Below, in pieces: positions 19,128 through 29,567 of a stretch of DNA of 64,000 nucleotides. Source of the stretch: an uncultured bacterium (GTDB lineage Bacteria > Acidobacteriota > Aminicenantia > UBA2199); assembly GCA_965371805.1 (NCBI GenBank), contig CBDUZW010000005.1, positions 28,926 through 92,925 of the forward strand, given 5' to 3'. Within the stretch, counting starts at the first letter, position 1; each line of letters begins with the position of its first letter. The notes below the pieces were generated by a model. That model did not search any database. It saw nothing but the letters and a program-made list of their open reading frames with translations, and had not been told where the DNA came from. The position numbers and the translations under genes were made by a program.

Positions 19128-21356
19128 ATGATAGATAAAGCTGAAAATTTACTTAAAGATGTATTTGGATATGATTCATTCAGATTCGTACAGAAAGCGG
19201 CAATTGAAAATATTTTAAAGGGAAATGATACTCTTATCATAATGCCTACAGGTGGCGGAAAATCCCTCTGTTATCAGATCCCGGCTCTAATATTTGATGG
19301 ATTAACCATAGTTATTTCACCATTAATTTCGCTAATGAAAGATCAGATCGAGCAACTTAAACAAAACGGAATTAACGCTGTCATGTTGAATAGTTCATTG
19401 TCTTATGAAGAGTATCAACTCAATGTGGATTCAATTAGAGATGGAGAGGTAAAACTATTATACCTTGCTCCGGAAACATTATTAATGCATAAAACAATAG
19501 AACTTTTAAAAACCCGGAAGGTCTCCTGTTTTACAATTGATGAAGCACATTGTATATCTGAATGGGGACATGATTTCAGACCGGAATACAGACAATTAAT
19601 GGAAGTAAGAGAGATGTTTGCAGATACAATTTGTATAGCTTTAACAGCAACTGCAACTGAGAGAGTTAGAGTCGATATAAAGAACACACTTAATCTCCAG
19701 GGCTCAAGTGAATTTATCTCTTCATTTGACCGGAAAAACCTTTTTCTAAAAATAATTGAAAAAAATGATCCCAAAAACCAATTATTACATTTTTTAAAAA
19801 ATTTCAGCAGGAATGACCCGGGAATTATATACTGTTTTTCAAGAAAACAGGTTGATTCAATTTCAGAATTTTTAAATAAACATGGATACCTGGCACGCCC
19901 CTACCATGCGGGATTAGATACAGAAGATCGAAAAAAAAATCAGGAAAAATTCCTGAGAGATAAGGTGCAGATAGTCGTTGCAACAATAGCCTTTGGGATG
20001 GGAATCAACAAAACCAATGTAAGATTTGTTATTCACTATGATCTTCCTAAAAATATTGAATCATATTACCAGGAGATCGGGCGTGGAGGACGTGATGGAC
20101 TTAGAGCAGAATGCTTACTGCTTTTTGGATATGGTGATTCAAAAAAGATTGAATACTTTATTGAACAGAAAGAGGGAAATGAAAAAATAAATGCTATTAA
20201 TCATCTGAAAGAGTTGTTAAGCTTTGTTGATTCTATAAAATGCCGCAGAATCCCCCTTTTAAACTATTTTGGAGAGCATTATCCGGAAGAAAATTGCGGG
20301 ATGTGCGATAATTGTGTTGAAGAAAAAGAGGATCTGGTCAATATGACCGATATAGCAAAAAAACTTTTTACATGTATCATTCAAACAGGCAATATGTTTG
20401 GTCCAACACATTTAATTGATGTATTAAGAGGATCTCAATCGCAAAAAATAAAAAAATTTAATCATGACCATTTAGAGATATATGGGACAGGGAATGATCT
20501 ATCAAAAAAACAGTGGTTTTCAATTTCCAGGCAACTTATAAAAAAAGGGCTTCTATATCAGGATCCGGAGTATGGTGGATTGAAAATCACTCAGACAGGT
20601 AATAAAGTCATCTATGAGGGAGAAACCTATTTCGGAATAATCCCAAAGGAAGAGAAGAAAATAAAAAAATCAAAAAAGCAAAAAGGTATCACAATTGAAC
20701 TTGATGAACAGGATTTAGATCTATTTGAAGCCCTCAGAAAAAAAAGAAAAGAAATCGCTGCAATTTTGAATGTCCCTCCATTTGTCGTATTCTCAGATAA
20801 ATCATTAGTTGACATGACAGATAAAAAACCATTGAGCAATGACAAATTCTTAGAGATAAATGGTGTAGGAAACCAGAAGATGGAGAAATATGGCAAGTCT
20901 TTTATCTCTGTCATCAAAAAGTACTCTTCAGACAAACAAAATGGCAAAGAGGAAGAGTTTCCGGAAGAAGATCCAGAATCATATTATGAGAATAGTTTTG
21001 ATATTGTTGAAACAGATTCAAATACCAAATATCAGAAAAAACCAAAAATAAGAAAATACACACTGGTTGGAGACAGGTTTAATGATGGTGTAGATATGGA
21101 TGAATTATGCTCTCTTTTTAAGATAAAGCAGGACACAGTATTTAATAATCTCTACAAATACCTTCAGGATGGACATACGATCAATCCGGACCAGATACTG
21201 GCCTATTCAGGACTTGATACTCAGAGCCAGAAACAGGCAATACAATGTTTCAGAGAACTCGGTACAGAAAACGTATCACCTGTTTATGAAAAAATGAATG
21301 GACAAATAAACCATCATGAATTAAGAATTATTCAACTATATTTACTATGTAAATAA
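19128..21356 (+). CDS. recQ: ATP-dependent DNA helicase RecQ (with extended C-terminus)
   Basis: MIDKAENLLKDVFGYDSFRFVQKAAIENILKGNDTLIIMPTGGGKSLCYQIPAL; DEAH box FTIDEAHCISEWGHDFRPEY; zinc-binding CxxC region; HRDC-like segment. 742 aa. Confidence 0.9.
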   Translation: MIDKAENLLKDVFGYDSFRFVQKAAIENILKGNDTLIIMPTGGGKSLCYQIPALIFDGLTIVISPLISLMKDQIEQLKQNGINAVMLNSSLSYEEYQLNVDSIRDGEVKLLYLAPETLLMHKTIELLKTRKVSCFTIDEAHCISEWGHDFRPEYRQLMEVREMFADTICIALTATATERVRVDIKNTLNLQGSSEFISSFDRKNLFLKIIEKNDPKNQLLHFLKNFSRNDPGIIYCFSRKQVDSISEFLNKHGYLARPYHAGLDTEDRKKNQEKFLRDKVQIVVATIAFGMGINKTNVRFVIHYDLPKNIESYYQEIGRGGRDGLRAECLLLFGYGDSKKIEYFIEQKEGNEKINAINHLKELLSFVDSIKCRRIPLLNYFGEHYPEENCGMCDNCVEEKEDLVNMTDIAKKLFTCIIQTGNMFGPTHLIDVLRGSQSQKIKKFNHDHLEIYGTGNDLSKKQWFSISRQLIKKGLLYQDPEYGGLKITQTGNKVIYEGETYFGIIPKEEKKIKKSKKQKGITIELDEQDLDLFEALRKKRKEIAAILNVPPFVVFSDKSLVDMTDKKPLSNDKFLEINGVGNQKMEKYGKSFISVIKKYSSDKQNGKEEEFPEEDPESYYENSFDIVETDSNTKYQKKPKIRKYTLVGDRFNDGVDMDELCSLFKIKQDTVFNNLYKYLQDGHTINPDQILAYSGLDTQSQKQAIQCFRELGTENVSPVYEKMNGQINHHELRIIQLYLLCK

Positions 21357-21401
21357 TTAAAATATCTTTCCTCAGTCTGTATCTAATTAAAAATTAAGGG
21401 T

Positions 21402-22460
21402 CTAATCAAGTTGCTCCTTCAATCTCTCTTTATCTGACATTCTGCTTTCCAGTTTCCGCATATAGGTAAATGCTTTTCTATTGCCAAATTTGGTATAAGA
21501 CATTTGAGCCCATTTGTATGCTCTATCAAATTTCCCCTTTAATTCAGCAGCAAAGGCAAGATTATATGCCGCCCTTCCAGCTATTTTCGGATCATCATGC
21601 TTTAGAAGTGATTTCCATATTCGAGTAGCGCCACTCCAGTCATCTGCTTTAACATAACGCTTTGCCTCTTCTAAACCCGGATCCCCCTTGACATAAAAAT
21701 CTCTATAAACATTTATCCAGGTTGGAGAGATCCTTATTCCATACTGAATACCTGAGTTAAATCCTGAAACATTGATAGCTTCCCTTTTTGTTGGTAATCT
21801 GTATAGAGCCTTTCTTTTTGTTTTGCCTGTTGAACTCCATGCTTTTCTGTCACGAAAGGTATTCATATCAACTATACTGCTGGTTGCAGGATCATATATT
21901 CTCCACCCTGAGTTTACATCAATATATAGATCCGCATAATATTTGGGTACCAGTACTTTTTTTTTCTTATCTGTACCCTTTATTTTAATTTTTTTCTTTT
22001 TTAATTTTCTTTCAACATCAATAGAAATATTTGAATCAAATGTTTCAAGAACGATCAAAGCATCTACTCTATACTTATTACAGATATTTCTAACTGTGCT
22101 CCAGTTTAACTGCCTTGCAAATCTTCTTGTACCTGTCCCTCTCAGCCTCTCTCCCCTGATAATTACAGAAGTAAATCTTGGAGAGTCATTTAATTTGCCG
22201 GCAAGGCCATTGATGCATTTATCCGCACCTTCTCTATCTGCAAAAATCTGTTCACCAGTGACAAAACCTTCAAGAAAATTGATCACTTTTCTTCTACGTG
22301 CAGGTATAGTTCTATTGATAATACCTATATGCTTAATCTCTTTTGTAATGCTAATCTCTGCTGGTACCAGTATCTCAAGCGGCACAGAAGATGTTGAACA
22401 TGAAACAAAAAAAGATACAACTAAAACTAACGGCAATAGTACTAACTTTATATTTTTCAT
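21402..22460 (-). CDS. Hypothetical lipoprotein with C-terminal TPR-like helical region
   Basis: Signal peptide plus lipobox (VVSFFVSCSTSS). K-rich middle. C-terminal helical repeats (AGRAAYNLAFAAELKGKFDRAYKWAQMSY). Confidence 0.4.
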   Translation of the reverse strand: MKNIKLVLLPLVLVVSFFVSCSTSSVPLEILVPAEISITKEIKHIGIINRTIPARRRKVINFLEGFVTGEQIFADREGADKCINGLAGKLNDSPRFTSVIIRGERLRGTGTRRFARQLNWSTVRNICNKYRVDALIVLETFDSNISIDVERKLKKKKIKIKGTDKKKKVLVPKYYADLYIDVNSGWRIYDPATSSIVDMNTFRDRKAWSSTGKTKRKALYRLPTKREAINVSGFNSGIQYGIRISPTWINVYRDFYVKGDPGLEEAKRYVKADDWSGATRIWKSLLKHDDPKIAGRAAYNLAFAAELKGKFDRAYKWAQMSYTKFGNRKAFTYMRKLESRMSDKERLKEQLD

Positions 22461-22466
22461 AAAAAG

Positions 22467-22495
22467 ATTGTAAAAAAAATAAAAAAAAAAGTCAA
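22467..22495 (-). promoter_or_regulatory. Sigma70-type promoter (TTGACT-17-TACAAT); the -10 box ends 6 nt before the ATG, a possible leaderless transcript
   Basis: Reverse complement: TTGACT ttttttttt atttttttt TACAAT ctttttATG. Confidence 0.4.
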
Positions 22496-22758
22496 TGATA
22501 GCATTAATTTATTTCTTAAACAGACAACCTTTCCCCAATTTTTACGTATAATTTATTTATTACCTAAGTTTAGCGATTGTTTTGGATGAAGAGGTTAAGA
22601 ATGTTGTTGCCAGAAGGTTTACCAAAACCGCAAATGTACTATTGAGTACATTGAGGATTTTTGAAAACCCTTATGGTGCAACAAGCTTTGATCTATTCGC
22701 CGAAAGAATCACTCAATTTAGGTATTATATCTTTTAATTAATAAAATAAGGAGGATTT

Positions 22759-25700
22759 ATGTTAAATTTTAAAAATGGAATTTTCATTTCCATGTTATTA
22801 ATGTTTTTTTTAGTTTCTAATGGAGCATCCCAATCCACATTAATGCTCACACAACCGGCCGTAAGTAAAACAAACATAACATTTAGTTATGCAAATGATC
22901 TCTGGGTTGCAGATCTGAATGGGAAAAATCTCAGACGTTTAACTTCTGCTTCAGGTGTAGAAACAAATCCATTTTTTTCTCCAAATGGCAAATATATTGC
23001 CTTTAGCGGGAATTACGATGGAAACACAGATGTATATTTGATCCCTGTAGAGGGTGGAATACCAAAACGTCTGACCTGGCATCCAATTGGAGATACTGTC
23101 AGAGGTTTTTCCAGTGATGGAAAAAAAGTGATCTTTGCGTCCAATCGTTTTGCCGCAACAAGAGGAAGAGCAAAATTATATTCAGTTTCTTTAAAAGGTG
23201 GATATCCGATGCCTTTGGAATTGCCTTTCGCAAACAAACTCACCTACAGCCCTGATGGTGCCTATATTGCCTACATTCCTTATGCAGAGGTTTATAATCA
23301 GTGGAAAAATTATAGAGGAGGAACTTATACTCAAATATGGATATTCTCTCTCAAAACTAAGAAAATTGTAAAAGTTCCCCAACCCGCGGGACGCTGCAAT
23401 GACACTGATCCTTTCTGGCTAAACGGAAAGATCTATTTTAGATCCGACCGAAATGGAGAGTTTAATCTATTCTCTTATAATGTAAAAAGCCAAAAATTAG
23501 TCCAATTAACCAGGTATAAAAAATTTCCAATACTAAATATGAATGCAAATGCTGGAAACCTTGTCTTTGAACAGGCTGGAAGAATCATAAAATATAATTT
23601 AAAAAACAATTCTTCAACCCCTATACAAATTAAAATTGCATCGGATCTGAAAGAGGTCAGGATAAGATATAGTAGTAATCCAAGGTTTATTCGTTCAGGC
23701 AGTATTTCCCCCAGTGGTGCAAGAGCTGTATTTGGATATCGTGGCGAGATAATTACCGTCCCTGCCAAAAAAGGAGATCATCGAAATCTGACAAATACAG
23801 TGTCGGTACATGAAAGATTTCCTTCCTGGTCACCGGATGGCAAAAGAATCGCCTATTTTTCAGATATGGGAGGAGAATATATACTTAAAATTGCCCCTCA
23901 ATCCGGAAAGGGTGAATCGAAAAATTATAAAATTCCAGGTGCTGGTTTTTACACAAGTATTTCATGGTCCCCCGATAATCAAAAACTTTGCTTTACGGAT
24001 AATGCCCGTAACATTTTTTGGCTGGATATTAAATCAGGAAAGATCTTAAAAATCGACAGTGAGCCTCATTATGCTCCGGGAACCTATGGATCCATGATAG
24101 GTAGATGGTCTCATGATTCTAAATGGATTACATACCATCTCAATAATACAACTAAAATGAGTCAGGTATATGTATATTCTATAAAGTCGGGAACATCTCG
24201 ATTACTAACTGATGGCCTCAGTGATATATCTGAGCCTATATTTGACCCAAGTGGTAAATACATGTACTTTCTGGTTTCTACTGATGCGGGCCCGATTAAA
24301 CACTGGTTTGAGATGTCCAATTCAGATAAGAGGATGAGCAGCACTATTTATCTTGCCACATTACAACAAAAAACACTTTCTCCTCTCGCTAAGGAGAGTG
24401 ACGAAGAATCAGTAAAGGAAAAAAAGAAAAAAACTGATGATAAGAAAAAAAAGGCAGGGAAAAAGGCAAAGAAGAAAGAAGAGTTTAAAATTGATTTTGC
24501 AAATTTGGAGCGGCGTATTATTGCCTTACCAATAAAAAAAGGAATATACTTCAATTTACAAATCGGAAAAACTGGCGATATCTACTATCTGCAGTTTGAT
24601 CCTGAAAGCCGAAGTAGTGCTTTACACCATTATTCCCTAAAAAAAAGAAAGGATGAGGTTTTAGGTTCCGGAATACGTGATTACCAACTTTCTGCTGACA
24701 ATAAAAAAGTGCTGGTCCGATACAGAAGAGGATGGTCAATTGTTCCACTTGGAAAGATTAAACCGGGAAAGGGCAAGTTATCAACAGGCAAATTTTCTGT
24801 TAAAGTTAATCCAAAAGCTGAATGGAACCAAATTTTTAAAGAAGCATGGAGAATAAACAGGGATTACTTTTATGACACCAATATGCATGGTGCTGATTGG
24901 AATGCCATGTATAAAAAATATGAAAAATTCCTTCCCCATCTAAGTTGCAGACAGGATTTGAATAGAGTCATCCAATGGATGTGCAGTGAGCTGGGTGTAG
25001 GGCATCATCGAGGCGGTGGTGGAGAATTTATAGATCAAGCTAAAAGAATCCAGGTTGGATTATTGGGTGCAGATTATGAAATCGTAAATAATAGATACAA
25101 ATTCAAAAAAGTTTACGGCGGATTAAACTGGAACCCTGATTTAAGATCGCCACTAACAGAACCTGGAGTTAATGTAAAAGCCGGAGAATTTCTTTTTAAA
25201 GTTGATGGCAAAGCAATAAAATATCCGGAAAATGTCTTTAAATATTTTGAAAACAAAACAGGTCAAATCATAGAACTATCCATCAGTTCTGATGTTCAGG
25301 GTACCAAAATTCGAAAAGTGAATATTGTCCCTGTAAACCAGGAATTTACATTACGAAATAGAGACTGGGTAGAGAAAAACCTTGCCTATGTAACAAAAAA
25401 GACCAATGGCAGAGTAGCCTATGTTTATGTACCAAATACAGCAGGAATGGGGCATACATATTTTAAACGTTATTTTTACCCGCAGAGCAATAGAGAAGCG
25501 ATCATTGTTGATGAGAGATTTAACGGCGGCGGTCAGATCGCGGATTATTATATCGATATGCTGAAAAAGGATTACAGCTGCAGTTGGGCTTACCGTTATG
25601 GAAAGGACCAGCATTCACCATCTTCCGGTATTTTCGGACCCAAAGTTTTATTAATAAATGAAATGGCAGGCTCCGGTGGAGATCTCTTCCCATGGATGTG

Positions 25701-26022
25701 GAGACAGGCCAAACTGGGTAAAATGATCGGCACACGAACATGGGGTGGACTGGTTGGCGTATTGGGATATCCGGTCTTAATGGATGGCGGAAGAATAACT
25801 GCTCCTAATGTAGGATTCTGGACTGAAAAAGAAGGATTTTCAGTTGAAAATGAAGGAGTTGCTCCTGATATAAAAGTGGAACAGACACCAAAACTTATGC
25901 TTATGGGCAAAGATCCTCAACTTGATAGAGCGATTGAAGAGGTAATGAAAGAATTGAAAAAAAATCCAGTAAAAAAACCAAAACGACCACCATTTCCAAT
26001 AAGAGGAAATAATAAAAAATAA
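22759..26022 (+). CDS. Tricorn-protease-like multidomain peptidase (N-terminal beta-propellers + PDZ + S41 C-terminal peptidase domain)
   Basis: 1087 aa. Signal peptide. TolB-like repeats (NDLWVADLNGKNLRRLTSASGVETNPFFSPNGKYIAFSGNYDGNTDVYLI). The C-terminal half has S41-like architecture. Length and order match tricorn protease. Confidence 0.75.
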   Translation: MLNFKNGIFISMLLMFFLVSNGASQSTLMLTQPAVSKTNITFSYANDLWVADLNGKNLRRLTSASGVETNPFFSPNGKYIAFSGNYDGNTDVYLIPVEGGIPKRLTWHPIGDTVRGFSSDGKKVIFASNRFAATRGRAKLYSVSLKGGYPMPLELPFANKLTYSPDGAYIAYIPYAEVYNQWKNYRGGTYTQIWIFSLKTKKIVKVPQPAGRCNDTDPFWLNGKIYFRSDRNGEFNLFSYNVKSQKLVQLTRYKKFPILNMNANAGNLVFEQAGRIIKYNLKNNSSTPIQIKIASDLKEVRIRYSSNPRFIRSGSISPSGARAVFGYRGEIITVPAKKGDHRNLTNTVSVHERFPSWSPDGKRIAYFSDMGGEYILKIAPQSGKGESKNYKIPGAGFYTSISWSPDNQKLCFTDNARNIFWLDIKSGKILKIDSEPHYAPGTYGSMIGRWSHDSKWITYHLNNTTKMSQVYVYSIKSGTSRLLTDGLSDISEPIFDPSGKYMYFLVSTDAGPIKHWFEMSNSDKRMSSTIYLATLQQKTLSPLAKESDEESVKEKKKKTDDKKKKAGKKAKKKEEFKIDFANLERRIIALPIKKGIYFNLQIGKTGDIYYLQFDPESRSSALHHYSLKKRKDEVLGSGIRDYQLSADNKKVLVRYRRGWSIVPLGKIKPGKGKLSTGKFSVKVNPKAEWNQIFKEAWRINRDYFYDTNMHGADWNAMYKKYEKFLPHLSCRQDLNRVIQWMCSELGVGHHRGGGGEFIDQAKRIQVGLLGADYEIVNNRYKFKKVYGGLNWNPDLRSPLTEPGVNVKAGEFLFKVDGKAIKYPENVFKYFENKTGQIIELSISSDVQGTKIRKVNIVPVNQEFTLRNRDWVEKNLAYVTKKTNGRVAYVYVPNTAGMGHTYFKRYFYPQSNREAIIVDERFNGGGQIADYYIDMLKKDYSCSWAYRYGKDQHSPSSGIFGPKVLLINEMAGSGGDLFPWMWRQAKLGKMIGTRTWGGLVGVLGYPVLMDGGRITAPNVGFWTEKEGFSVENEGVAPDIKVEQTPKLMLMGKDPQLDRAIEEVMKELKKNPVKKPKRPPFPIRGNNKK

Positions 26023-26041
26023 CAAATATATGATTTAGAAG

Positions 26042-26078
26042 AAGTAGCAGAAATTGAACTTAATTTCTGCTACTTTTT
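26042..26078. terminator. Bidirectional rho-independent terminator between convergent genes
   Basis: GTAGCAGAAATT-gaactt-AATTTCTGCTAC, a perfect 12-bp stem, then TTTTT. Confidence 0.7.
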
Positions 26079-26095
26079 CGAATATTCCAACAGAA

Positions 26096-27775
26096 CTATT
26101 TATTCTTCATATTTTTCTTTTTAAGATTAGATATCAATTTTATAATAGCTAGAAAAGGCAGTAAAAATATAAAAATAATTCCTCCATAAGAAGTTACGGC
26201 AACATTTCTGTTTAAAATAAGATCCATTCCAAAGTTTGAGAATGGGTTATCATTAATGAGATAAGCCCAGGTTGATGATGGCCGGCTCAATCCTTCCTTT
26301 TTGGGATCAAAATCATCCAGAGACAGTTCCAAATCCTCATAGGTACTTTTTGATTTTTTTGTAATTATTGCAATTAATGTTTTAAATTCATTATGAACCT
26401 GATTTCTATATTGATCCAATGGTTGGACGCCTCCATATCTCATGAGATGTATCCCCTCTTTTATTGCAATTACCCTTTCAAGAAAGTTGCTCCATACTTG
26501 ATCTATATAAAACAAAATAACATATTTTTCTACCTCTCTAATTTTCTCTAATGAATTATTTTTCAGGAGTAAATCATACTTATTGGAACTCAATACTGAC
26601 ACATTAAATATACTAGTATTGCTCTTTAGAATATCTGTCCTTAGTTTCTCAAATATTTCCCTTTGCAACTCTGTGATATTTGAGTAATCCCATAGAGTCT
26701 TTCTGATCTCAAAATTATCGCTCTCTATTATTCTCTGAGCCCTGTTTATCTCTTTTGCAATAAAATGATCTGCTATTGCTTCCTGACTATCCCGGGGCCA
26801 GAATCTTTCTGGGATTATATTATCCAGACGATATCTTTTTATCAAATCATCATCCATACTAATGAAAAACTCGGATACTCCAGGATCCCCCTGCCTTCCG
26901 GCTCTTCCTCTCAGCTGATTATCAATCCGCCTGCTCTCATGTCTGTTTGTCCCGATGATATAAAGCCCACCTGTTTTAGATACAAATTTATATTCCTCTT
27001 TTGATCCAGCCCCCAGATGAATATCAACTCCTCTACCTGCCATATTGGTTGATATTGTTATCTTATAGGGTCTCCCTGCCTCAGCAATGATTTTTGCTTC
27101 CTGTTCATGGTTTTTTGCATTTAAAACACTATGAACGATATCTCTGTCTCTTAACTGCGAACTTAATAATTCCGATTCATAGACGCTTCCAGTCCCGATT
27201 AACACCGGCTGACCTTTTTCATTTATTTCAATTATTTTTTCTAATAAAGCCTTGTCTTTCGCTTCTTTTGAGGAATATATCCTATCCGTTTTATCTATTC
27301 TTCTATTTTTTTTATTAGGCGGAATTATCGTTATCTTAAAATTATAAAAAGAAAAAAACTCACTGGCAGCTTGAACAGCAGTAGCTGTCATACCTGAAAG
27401 ATTTGGATACAGTTTTACAAAATGCTGTATGGTTATTGAGTTAAATATGATTCCTTCTTCATTAATAAAAAGATTTTCTTTCAGTTCTACAGCCTTATGA
27501 ATACCATGAGGCCATCTTCTTTTATCAGCAATTCTTCCAGTAAATTGATCTATAATCTCAATTTTCCCATCCTTTATAATATAGTCCTTATCTTTTTCTA
27601 ATAATACCTTTGCATGCAGGGCTAAATTTACAGCGATAAAGGTTTTTTGGTTCTCAATGGCAAATATATTGGATATACTAAAATGTTTTTCAATCAGAGC
27701 CCAAATGCCGCATAGCTCACAATTCAGACTGGATCTTATACTGGCTAATGAAGTATTCGCAGGTGAACGATTCAA
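26096..27775 (-). CDS. secA: SecA homolog lacking the N-terminal ~300 aa (no NBD1 / Walker A); retains PPXD-NBD2-helical scaffold, with an atypical hydrophobic C-terminal tail
   Basis: HFSISNIFAIENQKTF aligns to SecA ~HFSVDEKSRQVNLTERG. RWPHGIHKAVELKE; NBD2 TNMAGRGVDIHLG...GGLYIIGTNRHESRRIDNQLRGRAGRQGDPGVSEFFISMDDDL; IRA1 LMRYGGVQPLDQYRNQVHNEF. All three frames upstream (27776-27840) contain stops. The C-terminus lacks the zinc finger and ends in a TM-like GGIIFIFLLPFLAIIKLI. Confidence 0.6.
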   Translation of the reverse strand: MNRSPANTSLASIRSSLNCELCGIWALIEKHFSISNIFAIENQKTFIAVNLALHAKVLLEKDKDYIIKDGKIEIIDQFTGRIADKRRWPHGIHKAVELKENLFINEEGIIFNSITIQHFVKLYPNLSGMTATAVQAASEFFSFYNFKITIIPPNKKNRRIDKTDRIYSSKEAKDKALLEKIIEINEKGQPVLIGTGSVYESELLSSQLRDRDIVHSVLNAKNHEQEAKIIAEAGRPYKITISTNMAGRGVDIHLGAGSKEEYKFVSKTGGLYIIGTNRHESRRIDNQLRGRAGRQGDPGVSEFFISMDDDLIKRYRLDNIIPERFWPRDSQEAIADHFIAKEINRAQRIIESDNFEIRKTLWDYSNITELQREIFEKLRTDILKSNTSIFNVSVLSSNKYDLLLKNNSLEKIREVEKYVILFYIDQVWSNFLERVIAIKEGIHLMRYGGVQPLDQYRNQVHNEFKTLIAIITKKSKSTYEDLELSLDDFDPKKEGLSRPSSTWAYLINDNPFSNFGMDLILNRNVAVTSYGGIIFIFLLPFLAIIKLISNLKKKNMKNK

Positions 27776-27799
27776 AACCAGCGGGATCGGCTTTCAATT

Positions 27800-28274
27800 A
27801 AACAGTCAGATAACCAAACAATTATTTTTTCATATATTTTTCAGAAACACAGGAGCAATTTTTTATGATGAAGAAAACCCCTTTGCCGGACGTGCTAATA
27901 GGGCGTCACTTTCTCTTGATTATCAGCCATTTGAAAAAATCAGCAACAGTATAAGTCTTTCTTACTCAAATTTTATCAGAAGCTCAGATAGTGAAATAGA
28001 ATATGATTATACTATTGTGAGAAATTATACAACTTTTCAATTGAATAAATACCTGTTTTTCAGAGGTATTGTTGAATATAATTTTTATAAAAAAATTCTC
28101 CAATTGGATTTTCTGGCATCCTTCACCTATATACCCGGTACCGTAGTGCATATAGGCTATGGATCAATTTTTGAAAAGCAGAAATGGGATGACAATAATT
28201 ATGTTAATAGTGATAGATTCATGGAAAATCATAGAGCATTCTTTTTTAAGGTTTCATACCTGTGGAGACTATAA
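27800..28274 (+). pseudogene. C-terminal fragment of an outer-membrane beta-barrel protein (no N-terminus or signal peptide)
   Basis: Alternating beta-strand pattern YDYTIVRNYTTFQLN / FFRGIVEYNFY / LDFLASFTYIPGTVVHIGYGSIF / AFFFKVSYLWRL. The 5' part of the tracked ORF 27657..28274 is antisense to the secA fragment. Confidence 0.3.
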
Positions 28275-28358
28275 TAATTCTTAGTGGATCTCCGAAAGAG
28301 CTACTTGATTTACCTTTATAATACTTATATAATCATCTCATATTGGAGGCAACACTAA

Positions 28359-28649
28359 ATGATTATTCGAATGGTTAAAATGACTATAGAAGAATCCCGA
28401 AGTAAGAATTTTAAGAAATTCACAGACTCAATTGCTGATTCGATTAAAGAATTTGAGGGTTGTATGCATTTGAAAATATTACAGGAGATACATAAAGATA
28501 ATATTTTTTTTTCCTACAGTATCTGGAAAACTGAGAAAAATCTAAATGCTTATAGAAGTTCCGAGTTTTTTAAAGCTACCTGGTCTAAAGCAAAAACTTT
28601 TTTTTGTATGCCTGCAGAGGCCTGGTCATTTAATGCACCTGAAGAATAG
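28359..28649 (+). CDS. ABM-domain (antibiotic biosynthesis monooxygenase-like) small protein
   Basis: 96 aa; ferredoxin-like beta-alpha-beta pattern with aromatic residues typical of ABM/Dabb proteins. Weak call. Confidence 0.4.
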   Translation: MIIRMVKMTIEESRSKNFKKFTDSIADSIKEFEGCMHLKILQEIHKDNIFFSYSIWKTEKNLNAYRSSEFFKATWSKAKTFFCMPAEAWSFNAPEE

Positions 28650-28847
28650 ACTTTGAATGTCAAGGTAGCAAAATTAACATATGGAATATAATGAAGCTCC
28701 AATAATAAGACTACAATCTGCAAGATTCTTTATTCTTAATTGTTAATATGATATGCTTTAAAATTATAAACTTTTCTATTCCTTAAATGAAAATCTTGAA
28801 ATTGATATGTAAATAGAAAGTTTTAATAGTAGGAGGTTTTAATTAAA

Positions 28848-29549
28848 ATGCAAGCAAGTAAAAAAATCTTATCAATCCTGGCAATATCTATATTATTTTT
28901 TTTGTGCGGATGGTCCAGTAGTTTAACTCCTGTCTCCTTTAATAAGACCTATCTAAATCTTGAACTGACATTAACATCTCAACAACAAGACAAAATAGTC
29001 AAACTATTTATAATGTTGAAAAAGCAGAAGATCAATGACTACCAACTTTATAAATCAAATCCTACTGCTCTTTATAGAACCGCACAGCAAAGAATTCGGA
29101 TGCAGGACACTATCATTTTAAACCTGCTTGATACAACACAGAGACAAAGGTTTAAACATCTACAATTATTAAGAGATAAGAACAATGAGTTTTTCATTAT
29201 TAATGAAACTCTTTTTCCTGATGAAAAGCAATCTCTACTTATACAAGACATTCTTGAAGGATATAAAAAAAAAGCAAAAATAATGATGGCATTATTAGAA
29301 TCAAGGGGAAAAGAAAAATACTTCATGAACTCCGATGATGGAGGAGGTATTAGAGGCAGAGGTAGAGGCAGAAGAATGAGCGGAAGTCGGGGTATGAAAA
29401 AAAACAGCCCAATGGAAAGCCTTAATAAGAAAAAATTTAAAGAGATAGAAATTCTATTAACTGAATCTCAGAAAAAATTATATTCTAAAGTAAAGAGCAT
29501 AATCAAAAAAGAACAGAAAAAAAAGTGGCAGAATGATCAAAATAAGTAA
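28848..29549 (+). CDS. Periplasmic LTXXQ-motif protein (Spy/CpxP-like) with a Gly/Arg-rich segment
   Basis: Signal peptide. LTxxQ motifs (LELTLTSQQQDK; LLTESQKKLYSK). GGGIRGRGRGRRMSGSRG low-complexity region. Confidence 0.4.
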   Translation: MQASKKILSILAISILFFLCGWSSSLTPVSFNKTYLNLELTLTSQQQDKIVKLFIMLKKQKINDYQLYKSNPTALYRTAQQRIRMQDTIILNLLDTTQRQRFKHLQLLRDKNNEFFIINETLFPDEKQSLLIQDILEGYKKKAKIMMALLESRGKEKYFMNSDDGGGIRGRGRGRRMSGSRGMKKNSPMESLNKKKFKEIEILLTESQKKLYSKVKSIIKKEQKKKWQNDQNK

Positions 29550-29567
29550 AACTATATAGTTACAAGC

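Noticed and set aside
21788-22473. Plus-strand ORFs 21788..21988 and 21943..22473 overlapping the TPR lipoprotein gene.
   Set aside because: Antisense to a gene with a clear signal peptide and lipobox. The translations are low-complexity.
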